Position numbers and translations under genes: made by a program. A stretch of DNA of 64,000 nucleotides from Paramecium tetraurelia (lineage: Eukaryota), in contig CT868541.1 in NCBI GenBank assembly GCA_000165425.1, positions 288,096-352,095 on the forward strand, written 5' to 3'. Position 1 is the stretch's first letter. Each line of letters begins with the position of its first letter. The notes under the pieces were generated by a model. That model did no database searches. It had not been told where the DNA came from and was given only the letters and a program-made list of their open reading frames with translations. Below are positions 41,544 through 55,416 of this stretch, one piece after another.

Positions 41544-42512
41544 ATGTCTTAATATTCATATTCCTAATCGTTGAAGATTATGTTGATACCATACATAATC
41601 GTTGGAATATTGTGGTAATATCCTATCCTCTATTAAAAGGTTTCCATTGACTGTGATGATTGAGCAACATTACGATTCAATTTTGATTTCATAGTTTCTT
41701 GTGATTCAAATAACAACAGCTTTCTTATTTTTGATAGGCCTATATTATAAGTATTTGATTTGATTGAGAGTAGCAATACATCAATTTATGATATTTATTG
41801 GAAGGTAGCTCCAATGTTTTTTGTAACATATTGGTCGAGGGGATCTGGAAACATAATTCTGCCTTTCCTTGTATTCTTCTACTGCATCAAGCAAAATTAT
41901 ACATATTTTAGATTCTGGCCAGGTATATATAAAGATCATAGAAATAATTAAGGTTTATAATACGAAGATTATCGAAATGTGGCAGTCAAATAATAATATC
42001 CAAATCCTTTTGTTTTCTGGCCAATTATTTATTTGGGCTTTGAAGTCGTACCCTCGATAATGATCTTTTTAGGTCATTTGCCCCTCTATTATGTGTTCAC
42101 CTCATAAAACCCATGTACTTTTTGTTATAATTTTTCAATCATATTTACAATTTCAGCAATATCGATTGAATTAATAGGTAATGATGATAAATAATTGTTA
42201 GCTGACTATCAACTCTTTCCTTATAGATCTAAGTAGCTTAAGGGTGATTGTGACGTTGGACTTTGGAGATATTCCAGACATCCAAATTATTTTGGAGAAT
42301 GCATGTATTGGTGGGGACAATATTTATGTCAATTGTCATTTGGCTTTGAAAATGTTTGGACCATTGTGGGAGCTGCCGCTATTTAGGCATTATTTTCATT
42401 TTATTCGATCCCAGATATGGAAAGTCATTTGTTAAAGAAGAGAGAGAGTTATTAAAATTATAAAAGGAAGGTTGTTAGTTCATTTGTGCCTTGGTTTAGA
42501 AAGGAGAATTGA
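41544..42512 (+). CDS. DUF1295 / steroid 5-alpha-reductase-like membrane protein
   Basis: NTSIYDIYW, EDYR, LADYQL, GLWRYSRHPNYFGE, FVPWF. Confidence 0.85.
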
Positions 42513-42733
42513 GTATATAGAGATTATTAAAATATTATAATTTAATTTATTTATTATTTTATAGGGGAGATATTGAGGGAATTATTATTTTGTTTAGATT
42601 TGGATAAAATTGTGGTGTTGCAATTTAAAATGTAATGAAATTGATAATAAGACATATAGATAGAGACATCAAACAATGAATGCAGATTTATGTAATTCAA
42701 ATTTATTAATATACTTATTTTATAATAAGCTGA

Positions 42734-43242
42734 TCACTTCTTCTTATTTCCTCCTTTAGCTGGAGCTTGAGCCTTTCCACCAGCATTCTTTTTCAAAGAT
42801 TTGAGTTGGGTGCTTAGGAGGGCACTTCTCTAATAAATGATTTATTGATAGCATTACTCTCTTTCTAAGAATCATGACTCTGAATCTGTCGAAATCGTTT
42901 AATTTAGCTCTGAGTGCTTTCTTAGCAACCTTCTTGGCAGCAATGGTTTGAGCGTATTGTGCGAATGGATCAGATTTTTTAATTGCCTTGGTAATGACAC
43001 CAGTTCTGGCACCTCTTGTTGCACCTTTAAGATTGAATTTGGTAAGTGTCAATCTTCTGATTGGAATGACTTATCTCTAAACTCCGGTGGTTGGTCCATC
43101 GATGAGGACTCTCTTATCATTGAGGATTTCAACAATTGTTGCCAATTTGCCTTCTTGAGGACCATAATTGATTTTGACAACTCTTCCAACTTCAACAAAC
43201 TTTCCAAGTACCTAGGGAGAAAATGAATGCTATATATACCAT
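42734..43242 (-). CDS. RPL14: 60S ribosomal protein L14 (eL14)
   Basis: [37 protein letters not shown]...LNDFDRF; intron immediately after the ATG. Confidence 0.96.
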
Positions 43243-43350
43243 CTTTAATAAAACAAATTTTTTTTATTATTTAAAAATCCTTTTAATCTTTTTAAATAGA
43301 GAACGAATAAATATAAATTATATTATATATTTATATTTATTAATATTCAT

Positions 43351-44034
43351 TCAACAACAAGTCTTGTCTTTTTTCTGTTATTGGTTCTATGAACTTTGAG
43401 CAGCATTTAATTGTACACCACCATTACTTTATTTAAAATTCTTCTGTTGATTCACCAGTAATCCTTTGTCGATTATCTCTTAGATTAATTCGGTGAACAG
43501 TTGCTATAAGCCTACTTCACTTTATTACCTTCAACCCTGTGCCCTCCTTTGCACTTGTTTGAATGCAGGAGAAAAATTTATTTGTTTTCGCAAAACCTTA
43601 TAAAGTCTGATAATAAGATGTCTTCTCATCATCACTCGCTAAGTCACACTTATTCTGCACCAACATGATTGGAATATTATTTTGATCACTATTCTCCTCG
43701 ATTATACTTTTCCATTTCAAAGTTTCCTCCAGAGAATTCGGATCCTTTATGTCACACACTATTAAACAACCTACCCCTCATTTATTTTAATACCCAATGC
43801 TCCCCTCACATACAATTTGCTCACAGCATTATACTTCTCCTAACCAGCAATGTCCCACAATTATAATCGAACAGTCTATCCATTCGTCTAAGTCACCTTT
43901 GTCGTAAAATCGCACCCTATCGTTGGAGGACTATTTGCTTCAAATCGCTCATAACAATATTAATTCAACAAGCAAGTCTTGCCAACCCCTTGCTCACCCA
44001 CCACAATGATCTTAATAAAAGGATCTGCTTCCAT
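43351..44034 (-). CDS. Rab GTPase (Rab32/38-like WDIAGQE switch)
   Basis: GEQGVGKT, TIGCDF, WDIAGQE, NKCD, TSAK, C-terminal CC. Confidence 0.92.
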
Positions 44035-44840
44035 ATAGAAAAAATTATAATTATTAATCGGAATTACGAAATCAAAACTATATATACTTACAACCCATGA
44101 ACTAAAGCATGTTACAATATAAATCAACACAACTCTGAAAAATTTATAACCTTTAAATTAAACATCTAAAAAATCACTGTTATCACAACAAAGAAGAACG
44201 AAACATAACTAAATTTCAGAATTAGCAAATTTGAGTATAGTCTATTCTAAGATTTCAGAGAATTACAAAACCTATCTTCATCATACATCTGAATTCAAAT
44301 AATGATTTAGTTTTGAAATTCAGAGAGTTTCTCTTTGGGCATTCGATAATATTAAGCTATAATATGGAAGCTTATCTCCTCAAGATAAAGAAACAGTTTT
44401 ATGAAATCAATTCTCACATATAAGATATTTGAATGGGTAAGAAGAAAGAAAAACCGAAAAGCTTAGGATGATTAATAATTTTACTTATTTCTTTCTAAAT
44501 TTCATAATATTTTTAGAATGACTTAATCTTCAAAAAAGGTCATTCAAATTGATTTTAATTATTATTTCAATTTATTAAGCTATTTATCATAATTCCCCTA
44601 GCAATAGATGCATTTTAATAAGATAGCAATTCTTTATTATAAATTCAACTTAATTTCAAGAATAGTTAAATGATGCTATGAAACACATTCAAATTTCATC
44701 GTATATAACTAAATTTAGAGTCAACTTATTTAGAAATCTATGTACCAAAAGTAAACAGGGATAAGGTGCTGAACATTTTTGCTCATTTATTGGATTGATT
44801 GTCCAAAATGAATATATATAAATAAAATTATTTAATAGAT

Positions 44841-45473
44841 ATGTCTAGAGCAAATAAATAAGCCGAGTAAGCACCTGCTTAAAATAATAAATAGAAGGGT
44901 GCACCAGCTGCTAAACCTTAAAAACCCAAGGAAAATTATTTGACTCCAGAGGAAATCAATGATTTGAGAGTAATAATATGGTAAAACATTATAAGGAAAC
45001 TTTTGATTTGTTTGATGATGATAAGAGTGGCACAATAGATGCTCACGAAATAAAGAAGGTACTTGAGGACTTAGGCGTAGATGCAAGAAATAAATTTGTG
45101 TATCAAATGGTGCAAGACTTAGAAAAGTAATCATCATCATATATCAATGCTAGTCATGGAGAGTCTATCAATTTCGATACTTTTGTCGATATTATTTCAA
45201 ACAGATTGGGAAACAATAAAACAAGGGAAGGAGCATAAAAATTGTTTTAAATTTACGATCCTGAAGATACTGGGTTATTATTTTAATAATTAGATTAGAT
45301 TCATTGATTTTACAAATTTAAAACGTGTAGCTAAAGAACTGGGAGAAACTTTAAATGATGATGAATTGCATGAAATGATCCATCATATTCATATCCTCAG
45401 AAAAACAGAGAGTCCTGAACAAATCTCATTTGAAGAATTTTATGAGATCATCACAGCTCCAAGAAGATATTGA
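44841..45473 (+). CDS. Centrin-like EF-hand protein
   Basis: [59 protein letters not shown]. Confidence 0.9.
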
Positions 45474-45515
45474 TAAAAATAAATAATACATATATATCTA
45501 TAGATATCAGTTGAT

Positions 45516-46070
45516 TCAATCATCATATGGCACACATTTATCGAAAAATCTAGGAACATACTTATTCAAAACTCCATTAAAGCCCAAGGCACTTACGCGA
45601 TCTCTTACATAATCTTCATACTCCTCTCTGTATTACTAAGGATTTCTTGATAAAACCCACATGAATAACATTTCAGGTTCACTCACAATGACCCATTAAT
45701 ATTTCTTATTAATAACTGGCCCTAATTCAATAATCCAATAGTCTCCTCCCCCGACTTGTCCTCCGTTCAGAAACACCTTCAATTTGGCCTTCTAAGTCAG
45801 ATCTGGGATTCTGGCATACCCATCAATTGATTTTATTGCACCATCACCAGCCCCGTCTCTCTAGACATTATAGACACTTAGATCTCCACTACCCAAGACG
45901 CCATATCTGGCTCTATTGCAAAATCCATTTTTCTCAAAGGTTGTGTGAACCCAAGGACTGCTTGCTACTTCAAACCAATCACCCAAGTAAGATTCTACAT
46001 CGTAGTCATCAACCACATCTATAGCTAAGCTTAATGAGACGATAGCAAAAATAAGAACTATTTTTTACAT
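45516..46070 (-). CDS. Secreted lipocalin (ApoD/Blc-like)
   Basis: Signal peptide; YDVESYLGDWFEVA (SCR1), YWIIELG, MWVLSR (SCR3); intronless, 184 aa. Confidence 0.9.
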
Positions 46071-46374
46071 TTATTATTGGATAGAATATTAGCAGAACAA
46101 AAGTTTTTAATTTAAAATTTAATAACAGGAACATTCTTAAACATATATGAATAAATATGATATTTATACAATTCAAAGTTAGGATTATTAATAATAAAAG
46201 CATTTTCAAGTTAGAATTAATTTATGATGTTGTATACATAATTTTAGTAGTTAAATCTGGCTATAAAATTAGATAAGTAAAAATAATTTATATAATTTAG
46301 AGTCTCCAAAAACTATTAATGAACAGTAATAATATATTTATCAATTTATATGTATGACCATATCTAATAATAAA

Positions 46375-47514
46375 TCAACGAGCACCCTTTAAGACATTTA
46401 GTACTGCATCAACAATTTATTCAGTTTTGGGGAATGCCATAGCCTCTAAATTAAAAGCATATGGAGTTGGTATTTCCACACCAGTCACTCTTTAGATGGG
46501 AGCATCTAAATATTTGAATGCTCCTCCTTCCATAATGAGAGCAGTGATTTCAGCTGAGATACCAGATTGTGGCCATCCCTCTTCTACACAAACCAAACGA
46601 CCAGTCTTTTTGACACTGGAGAGAATTGTTTCTCTGTCCAATGGTCTCAAACTTCTTAAATTAACAACTTCACAACTGATTCCTTCTTTAAATAATTGCT
46701 CAGCAGCTTTGAGAGAGTATTAAACCATTTTTGAAAATGCGACTATTGTGACATGATCTCCTTGTCTCATGATCTTAGCCTTTCCTATTGGTGCTAAGTA
46801 ATTGGGATCTCTGGCTTCAGCTGAGAGTTCGAAGGATTCACTATAGAGGATTTCATTTTCCAGGAATACCACAGGATTAGGATTTCTCACAGCTGCCTTG
46901 AGAAGTGATTTAGCATCATCGCAATCATAAGGAGATAACACAACCAACCCAGGCACATTACTGTACCAAGAAGCAAAACATTAAGAATGTTAGGCTGCAA
47001 CGTAAGCCGTAGCACTAAAGACTTATAAATCTTTGATCTTACCCATTGATTCCTCGAAAGACTATAGATGCCTTCTAATCACCGGCACTCATATAATGTG
47101 CCTTAGCTGCAGAGTTTATTATATGATCAATAGCTTGCATTGCGAAATTCCAAGTCATAAACTCAACTATTGGTTTCAATCCATAGAGGGCTGCTCCCAC
47201 TGCAATACCTGTGAATCCGGCCTCAGTAATTGGAGTGTCGATAACTCGATCGCCTCCGTATTTTTAGAACAACCCCTTCGATACTTTGTAGGCTCCCTGA
47301 TATTGACCCACTTCCTCTCCTGATTTATATTAATATTAAATCATATACCAAGCAAAAACACATTTGGATCATGGGCCAATTCCTCATCCATAGCCAGGTT
47401 TATTGCCTCCCTGACTGTCATCTGGATTGGAGTGTATTAGGATGAAGGATGGACATGAGTAAATTTAATACTTGGTTGATATGCATAGCGCAATTTCAAT
47501 AAATGTTTATACAT
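46375..47514 (-). CDS. PDHB: Pyruvate dehydrogenase E1 beta subunit, mitochondrial
   Basis: Transit peptide, [58 protein letters not shown]. Confidence 0.96.
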
Positions 47515-47522
47515 TAAATTTT

Positions 47523-48996
47523 ATGTATTTTTTAATATGCATCACAACAGTTTTAGCAAACTATAATACCTAATATGTTACTGATTAATTAAAAATAGAG
47601 CATAATAATCTTGATGCCTAAAAGACTTATTTAATTTAGATGATCATTACATAATTTCCAGTAGACAATTATTGCTTACCTCTGATGCAAATATATAATG
47701 GTACCCAAAACTAATTTGATTCACAATCATACTCTATCAGATCCAACATCTAATCTGTCTTAGTCAAATAGACCAAAAAGCTCTCCATAGAGATAAGTTG
47801 CCCTGTTTTGGATCCTTTTATTAACATTAAAGATATCAACAAAACAATGCATTTTAATTTAACTATAAATGAAGCAGTAATATTTTTTATCGTAACATAT
47901 TGAGTAGGTATTAAAATAATAGAAATCTTGTCCCTTCCCTTACTATGGATTGGATTGTTTACTTCAAATGCAAAAAATATAAACTGATTATTCGATCACT
48001 TTACATGTACTCAATAATACTTGGTTCTATGCTTATGTGATACTGGACAATCAAGATTATGATGTACATACTCTCAACTTATTTAGATTAAAATTCAAAA
48101 CCAACATGCCTTATTTGGTATATCCTCTCTCCCAGCAGACAAACTAGACATTACAATTCTGCCAACATTCTTTACTAATTTTGAAATTTTGGAATAGACT
48201 TCAGATGAGAAATCCATTAGTTTGACAAGAGAAACAGAGATCTCAGATTTCATCTTCATTTTTGGATTATTTAATTTTAATTCAACTCACATTTAAGAAA
48301 TCTAAATTTCATTTGTGTACTTAATTGTTTATATTTTTAGATCTTTAGGTGAAACCAATAACTTCCCTTATTGGGCAACGATACTTTTGTCATCAATCTT
48401 TCTATTTGGCATCCTTGTGGCTCTCCTCATATTTTTAAGTTATAAAAGCTAATACAGAAAAATAACATAAATTCAACCTGCACTAGATAGAAAGATTTTT
48501 AAAAAATACATGCCAACACAGAGAATTAATTCAAACTTGGTACAAGAAACATGTGCAGTTTGTTTGATATAATTTGAGAGGAAGGAAAAATACAGAGAGA
48601 CACCATGCAAACATAATTTCCATGATTAATGCTTATCAGATTGGTATTTGATTTACTTTATTTAGGACTATTAAACAAGCAAATTGTCCAGTTTGTAGAT
48701 AGAGCTTACAGGAATAGGATATATAAAAATTATTATTATGCTAGACTTAGTTACCTAAGTTAAATTTAGAAATTAATGAAAAGGCCGAATTGAAAGAAGG
48801 GGAACAATAACAAAGTGATAGAGGAGCTCTATATATTCCTTTTTATCCGACTCCATATAGAACTACATGTAGAATAGACTTAGATAATTCTCCTCAGGGA
48901 GACAATTCACCTTAGACAGTTTAATTTGATGGAACTCCTAATCATCAGAGTTAAAGAGATCTTTGCAAACAAAATGATCGAATTGTTGAATTATGA
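47523..48996 (+). CDS. Type I membrane RING-H2 E3 ubiquitin ligase
   Basis: Signal peptide MYFLICITTVLA, TM WATILLSSIFLFGILVALLIF, CAVCL..PCKHNFHDQCLSDW..CPVCR. Confidence 0.88.
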
Positions 48997-49289
48997 TAAA
49001 TATACTTATTTATTAATAAATTTAGTTTTTTCAGATTGAAGCAACTAAAGAGGATATTTAAATTTTTATTATAATTTGATGCCAAATATAAATTATTTTT
49101 ATAACAATTTAGATTATGCTCCTTGAAATATTAGTAGACAGAGTGATGCAAGTTAGACTTCTTTGATTTTTTGTATATTTTTATATAAAATTTATATTAT
49201 CTTTCTTAAATCTTGCGTCATAATCGATCTTAATACCTCATACTTAATCACTCACATTTGACACTAAGAAGCTAAAAAATAATAATATA

Positions 49290-50516
49290 ATGAGCTTGTT
49301 AATTAACGAGGAAAGATTGATGGATTCGCCAAAAAGGACTGAAAGCACCGATATATAATCAGACAGTTAAAAAGTTAAAAAGGAATTTAACACTTTTTTC
49401 TTAGGTGTCCAATAAACTTCTAAAGTAACTTAATATGAGAATACTTTAGGTTACAAGATAGTACATAGATACTAAAACACATGGAATTCAATTATATTAT
49501 CAAGAATTCACTCCCTAATTTATTGATGCCCAAGTCATTATCGTACATGGATTTGGAGAGCATTCCGGAAATTACAAACAAGTAATATTAAATATTTATC
49601 ATTTTCAGTTGACAGATTGTTTCTTACTCAATAATTTTAAAGTCCATCTTTATGATTAAAGAGGATTTGGATTTTCAGGTGGAATCAGAAGTAAAGCCAC
49701 AATAGAAGAGATGCACATGGATCTGGAGACTGTGATAGATTAAATTGACAAATCAGTGCCTTTGTTTATTTTTTGTCATGCATTGGGGGCAGCTATTGTA
49801 ATCAGTTTTTGCTTGAGGAATCCACAATTTGAAATACAAGGAATTATTTGCAGTAGTGCTTAATTTAGAGTGCCACCAAGGTATGGAAAAATGAAAATGA
49901 TCACATTACAAATGATGGCTAAATTATGTCCAGATTTATAGGTTAATACGTATCATAATTTATCTTTTGCATCCAAAAATAATCATCACATCAGAAAATT
50001 GGCAACAGATCGATTGATACATCCCTATATGAGTATCCAATTTGCATAGAATGTGTTGTTATTCTAATAATACATTTTACCTAATGCAAATTAGTTTAAA
50101 ATACCAATCTTGATATTGCATGGCAAACAAAATAAGGTTGCTTCACATCTGGATTCAGTTGACTTTTATATGTAAATTCAATCCAAAGAAAAAACAATCA
50201 AAATATTTGAGTAAGGTTTTCATGAAATGCATAATGATTCTGAATGGCCGAAAATGAAGACTATTATCACATAATGGTGCTAAAAAATGATAACCAAAGA
50301 TGTTAAAATGAATTACTTAAAAGAGTATAATCATGGAGTTGTTGTACAACAATACAGATCCAAAATCAGACTATTGATTTCTGTTCTCTTAATAGTAATA
50401 AGAAGGTATAACATTTAATTAACAATTTTAGAAAACTTTCTTGCTTAAATGTCAGTACGAAAGTTAGTATACTTATATTTATGGAACTATTACTCAGATT
50501 GTTCACATCTCATTGA
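49290..50516 (+). CDS. Alpha/beta hydrolase (monoglyceride lipase/lysophospholipase-like), probably inactive
   Basis: VHGFGEHSG, DQRGFGFS, nucleophile elbow CHALG, HGKQN, GFHEMH. Confidence 0.85.
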
Positions 50517-51168
50517 TTTTGATTATTATGTTTATACTAATTAATACCTAACTATAAGATAGTATTAAATAATTAATTTAGTTGTATATTATTGTTATAT
50601 ATCTTAATATATATTAAGATTAAGATCAGCATTGAATAAAGCTTTTTTATTGCTTGATTTTATTATAAATTTAATTGATTTATTTTATAATCGTTAATAT
50701 ATTTAGTAAAATAATAGATCCATAAATTAATAATCGAACTGTCAGTTATTTACTTTAAAATGTGTGGTTCATTGAAATCTCAACTTTTAACATATAATTT
50801 AAAATCAAAACAAATCAAAATTTGGCTTAAGCTTTGACAATAATTTGAGCACACAAGTAGTCGTTCATATTTTTTGATAAACAAACTTATTTTTTTTTGT
50901 TTTAATTCATTCTTTTCTTTGAATATGTAATTTGAACTTCGATAATTTTATTTGGGGGGCTAAATATACTTTTATTTTCACGCTTAAGAACAATAATAAT
51001 ACAAAATTAAAATAGTCTAGAGTGATATTTAGTTAGAAGTGTTATTTAATATCAAACAAAAAAGTTTTAAAATATATGTGATCAGAAAATTGTTAAAAGT
51101 GTTAGATTTATATGCTATTCTTAGATTATTTTGATTTTTATAATATAATAAATATTCAATATATTGTG

Positions 51169-51348
51169 ATGGGTTGTAATATACCAAAACCAAAAAAGAA
51201 AGACTTGAAGCTTTATGATCCTAAATTGTAATAAATAGTCACAGTTCCAGTTTTATTTGAAGCAAAAAACAATCCAATTGTCAAACGAAGATTACATGAT
51301 TAATCATTTTCACCTGAACAAAAAATCAGCAGCAGAATTCATTTATGA
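51169..51348 (+). CDS. 59-aa microprotein with N-terminal MGC acylation motif
   Basis: MGCNIPKPKKKDLKLYDPKLQQIVTVPVLFEAKNNPIVKRRLHDQSFSPEQKISSRIHL*. Confidence 0.65.
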
Positions 51349-51721
51349 TAGTCATTTAAACTTTATATAAATATATTTAATCTTGTATTTACAAATATTT
51401 ATTCAAAACCTATCAAATTATTCAACTTTATAAATCTAACTCTTTATTACATTTCATAAAATTTATTTGGAATAATGATTTATAATTATTTTATTAATTA
51501 GTGTCATATTGATAAATTAAGAAAGTATTTCTATACAGTTTTATTTTTGTTACTATAACTTTTTCAAATAATTTATGAAAAATTCATGATTGATAATTTT
51601 TCAAAATCTAAGAAACTCAAATCTTTAAAAACTAAATTTGTGTTAAGAAACCAAATAATTTTGATACATATATAATATAATTTTATATGGCAATTAACTT
51701 TCCAATTCTAATAATAAAAAA

Positions 51722-52992
51722 TCACTTTTTCTTAAACATTATTTTAATTATTTCCTGATTTAACCCGTTAACCTTTTCCTAATAATATATCTTCATATTA
51801 TCATATGTAAAGTCTTTTAAAGATTGATAATTTTCAATTGTTTACTCAACATTTTCACTGTCATTATATTATTATCTAATTTTATTAAAGATGCATTTAT
51901 AATCTACCTTAAACCATTCATCTTTGTCACCTTTATAGAAATCTAAGATGTTCTTAATATAATGGTTGATTTTATAGTTAATAAATTTTTCTAAAAATTC
52001 AATCCATTTTAAGGTTGATTCAGCGTAGGATACAGATATTATAATGTCTGGTTTATGACGTTATTTTGGAAATGTCAATAGAAAAATATAGTCATTAATA
52101 TTTTATAAGCGCTTAAGCGAGTTCAAAATCTCATACTCTTTTAATATGATAAAAATGTCGTCCAAATCATCCCATAAAGTTAAAATTTTATATAATGGCA
52201 GCAAGTTTAATATTTCAAAAGCACGTTAAATATTAGAAGCATCCTTAAGACTATAATTACTTTTGGCTACTTAACTGATTAAGTTATTTGTTAATATATC
52301 ATAATTTTTTCCTTATAGTGATATTTCTTTTGAATTTTAAAAAATATCAACTAATTTTTAGAATTCAATATTCGATTTATGGTTTAGCATTAATTATTAG
52401 GAAGGTTTCAATTTATTTTGTATGATATTTTGTATTTCATTAATTTAATTACATTTTTTTAATGTTTCATTTACTTCTTGTATTATGTAAGGATCAGACT
52501 AAGAGAATAATTACAAAAACTTAACAATTGTTGTTTTTAACTATCCAATATCAGGATTAATTTTGTTTAGTTTATCGAAATTGATTGAAGTAAATATGAC
52601 TTATTAAAATGAATTCTAACTTTGACCAATATGAATCCATATTTCTTCAGGGTTGAAATTAACATTTAATTAATACTTTTCATATTTAGATTGGAATTCT
52701 GCTAAAATTTAGTTTATTATTACAAATGCATAATCTACTTAGAAACATTATAAATCATTTTCCTAAATAAAATCATAGATAAGAATACTTTAAACGTAAT
52801 AAGATCTTAAAGGCTTAAGAATTAATCTCCTTTAAAAGTAAACTTTAATATTAATTGATTATCTTCTGTCTCCAAATCGGTATATTATTTGATTTTTAAC
52901 TAATCCAATGTTTCTAAAATATCTGAATCAATCAGATAGTCGTTTTGGAGAGGTTTAAAAATTGTTTATGGGTAACTAAAGCCTTTCATCAT
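51722..52992 (-). CDS. Hypothetical protein with a degenerate kinase-like N-terminal region
   Basis: One 26-nt intron gives a 414-aa frame; LSLQDLI...IINQIL...NVNFNPEEIWI echoes kinase subdomains V-VIb. Confidence 0.55.
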
Positions 52993-53383
52993 CTTTATTT
53001 ATAAAAAAAATTATATAATAATTATAGAATACCTCACACCTTTTTCGTTTTCATAAACTAAAATGAATTTTATATTTAGGGAATAAAAATATTTGAGAAA
53101 AATGATTTAATGAACGAATGATTGCGCTTTCTTGATGTAAATATAGAAAATAAAAACTCATGTAAATTCTATTACTTAACTATTTTTAATACTTCAAATT
53201 ATAGCTATGTTTACAATTTAAAATTATATTATTAATCAAAAGCATAAATTAATACAAATTAAGGCCAGAATAGAATGATATAAATTCAATTAATTGAGAA
53301 TTTATTAAATTGAAGTTTCTCTAATATATTAATAATTAGCCTCCTTTCATTTCTTCTTAAGGCAATAAATATTTTGAATGATC

Positions 53384-53439
53384 ATAATTCTTATTATATG
53401 AAATGAACAGATAATAATTCTTATTATATGAAATGAACA
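53384..53439 (+). repeat. Intergenic direct repeat (26 bp x2, 30-bp period)
   Basis: ataattcttattatatgaaatgaaca at 53384-53409 and 53414-53439. Confidence 0.9.
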
Positions 53440-53541
53440 TGGGAAAATAGATGCTCTTTTTATCTCTGATTTATTAATAAATTGATTCTCAATATATATT
53501 ATTAAATTATCAACAGAAAAATGTTAGGTCTTTTAGAATAA

Positions 53542-54361
53542 TCATAATTTAGTTTAAACTTCATCTAGGATTCCATTATATTTATTACAAAATTTTCTTT
53601 AAACAAAATTAAATTTTTTTAACATTTTTCTATAGGTCTGTCTTTCAGTCAAGCATAAATCATTTATTGATTTGACAAAATCTTTATGGGAAATACTTCT
53701 TCTACTTATGTCAAGTCCATCATGAGACTTTACATTTAATTTTTCCATATTTAGAACTGATACTTTATGATTTTATTCTTTAAAGAATTTTTGATCATGT
53801 TAGACTTATTTTTTGTAGATCAATTATCTTTAAATTCTTTCAGTGAGCACCGATTTTGCAAATTCAATTGGTTCCTTAAGTTTTAATTTCTCCTTAAATG
53901 TAAGTTCCTACCTCAAAGTTTTAATTATTTAACAATGTTCTGGTGTTAAATTTGTTGAAAATTTATGATCAATAATTTATGAAAATGATTCTCTATTTGA
54001 ATGCACAATTTAATCGTGGAGTGAATTTCGAATTTGATTCATTTATTCTGAATCAAAGATCTTTAATTTTTACTTAAGAGCAACTTACTTTTAAAATGCA
54101 TTATCTATTTATTTTAAGACTTTTTCATCACTATTCTTTCTGGTCTTTAATTTAACATACTAAGGCTTATGAGCTGGATTTGTGATGTACTCTCTATCTG
54201 CATTTTACTTACCAAAAATCTTTACTAGATTTGGGTCTGTTTGCTTTGGAGAAAGCTTTTCCCCTAATCCACTCAAATTATATGTTACTTGACAAATAAT
54301 CCTTAAACATTATCATAGTTTGTATAAATCTGGGGCTCATACGAATATTCTCTTCCTTCAT
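53542..54361 (-). CDS. Hypothetical protein (264 aa)
   Basis: MKEENIRMSPRF..., one 25-nt intron, open to ...EVQTKL*. Confidence 0.6.
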
Positions 54362-54957
54362 GAAAATGAGTAGTTTTAATTTTATAATGCAAAAAAATTT
54401 GTTTTTCTTGAATAACCATATTCATTATTAAGTATTAATATAAATAGGTTTACTGATATATTTAAGATTGCGAATTACAATTCAAGTGGTTAAGAATTGG
54501 TTAACCAAAGAATATTACTATGCCATAAAGGATAAAATCTGAGTTCCTTTTTTCAACTAACTAAATTAATATTATAATAATCAATGGCTTTAGATGCGAC
54601 TAACAATTAAAATGAATATAAAACATATTATAGAAATCTGTGAAAGTAAATCAAATAATTTTAGTATTCTGGAGTATATAATTTAAATCAATAGTTTCAA
54701 AGAATACTGTTGAAAAGAATACCATAATATAATGTAAATCAAATAAAATGAATAAAGATTGTTATTTGTCTTTTATTCTCTTTCAAAGGAGCACGCAGAT
54801 GTAATAAATACCTATCCATAAATAGAAATTTTGATTCTAAATATAGATAAATTTCTTTTAAGATATATCAATTCACAAAAGATGAAATTTATTCAAATGG
54901 AAGCATAAATAAATATCAACAATTAAACTTCTATTTTCTAAGAATTGAGTAAAAGTC

Positions 54958-55416
54958 ATGATATATTATTTTAATAAAATGATTACAATTTTACAAAATA
55001 CATTAATTATTTATTTCGGCCTTCTTGGTCTATGTATGATCAGCATTTTGGTCGTTTGCTTAGATTCTGAATATGAATGTCATTGTCCATCAATCGTCAT
55101 CAAAATTTTGAGAAGCCTTTCAATTATACCATTTACGAATGAAGTGAAAAAGTCCATTATTCCAATAATAAAAGAGTTATCTCCTAAATGGATTCGACTG
55201 TTAATTTTGAGTTCATTTATGATGGCTTTGGCCTTGATACTCTCTTTGATATATACTGCACTGTATTTATTTTACCATTAATTTACTTAGTATGATCACT
55301 TTAAGTTTATTGATGAACCTATTCTATGTTATATTGATAGCACTTTTTCTATCCATTAGCTTAGGTATTGCTAAGAATAATACACCAATTCAATAAAATT
55401 TATTACGACACTTTGA
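54958..55416 (+). CDS. Hypothetical membrane protein
   Basis: Table-6 extension of the ORF-track hit; two hydrophobic segments; start and exon structure uncertain. Confidence 0.5.

Noticed and set aside
44040..44840. Short open frames between the Rab and centrin genes
   Set aside because: No ATG-to-TGA model of convincing length and no recognisable motif.
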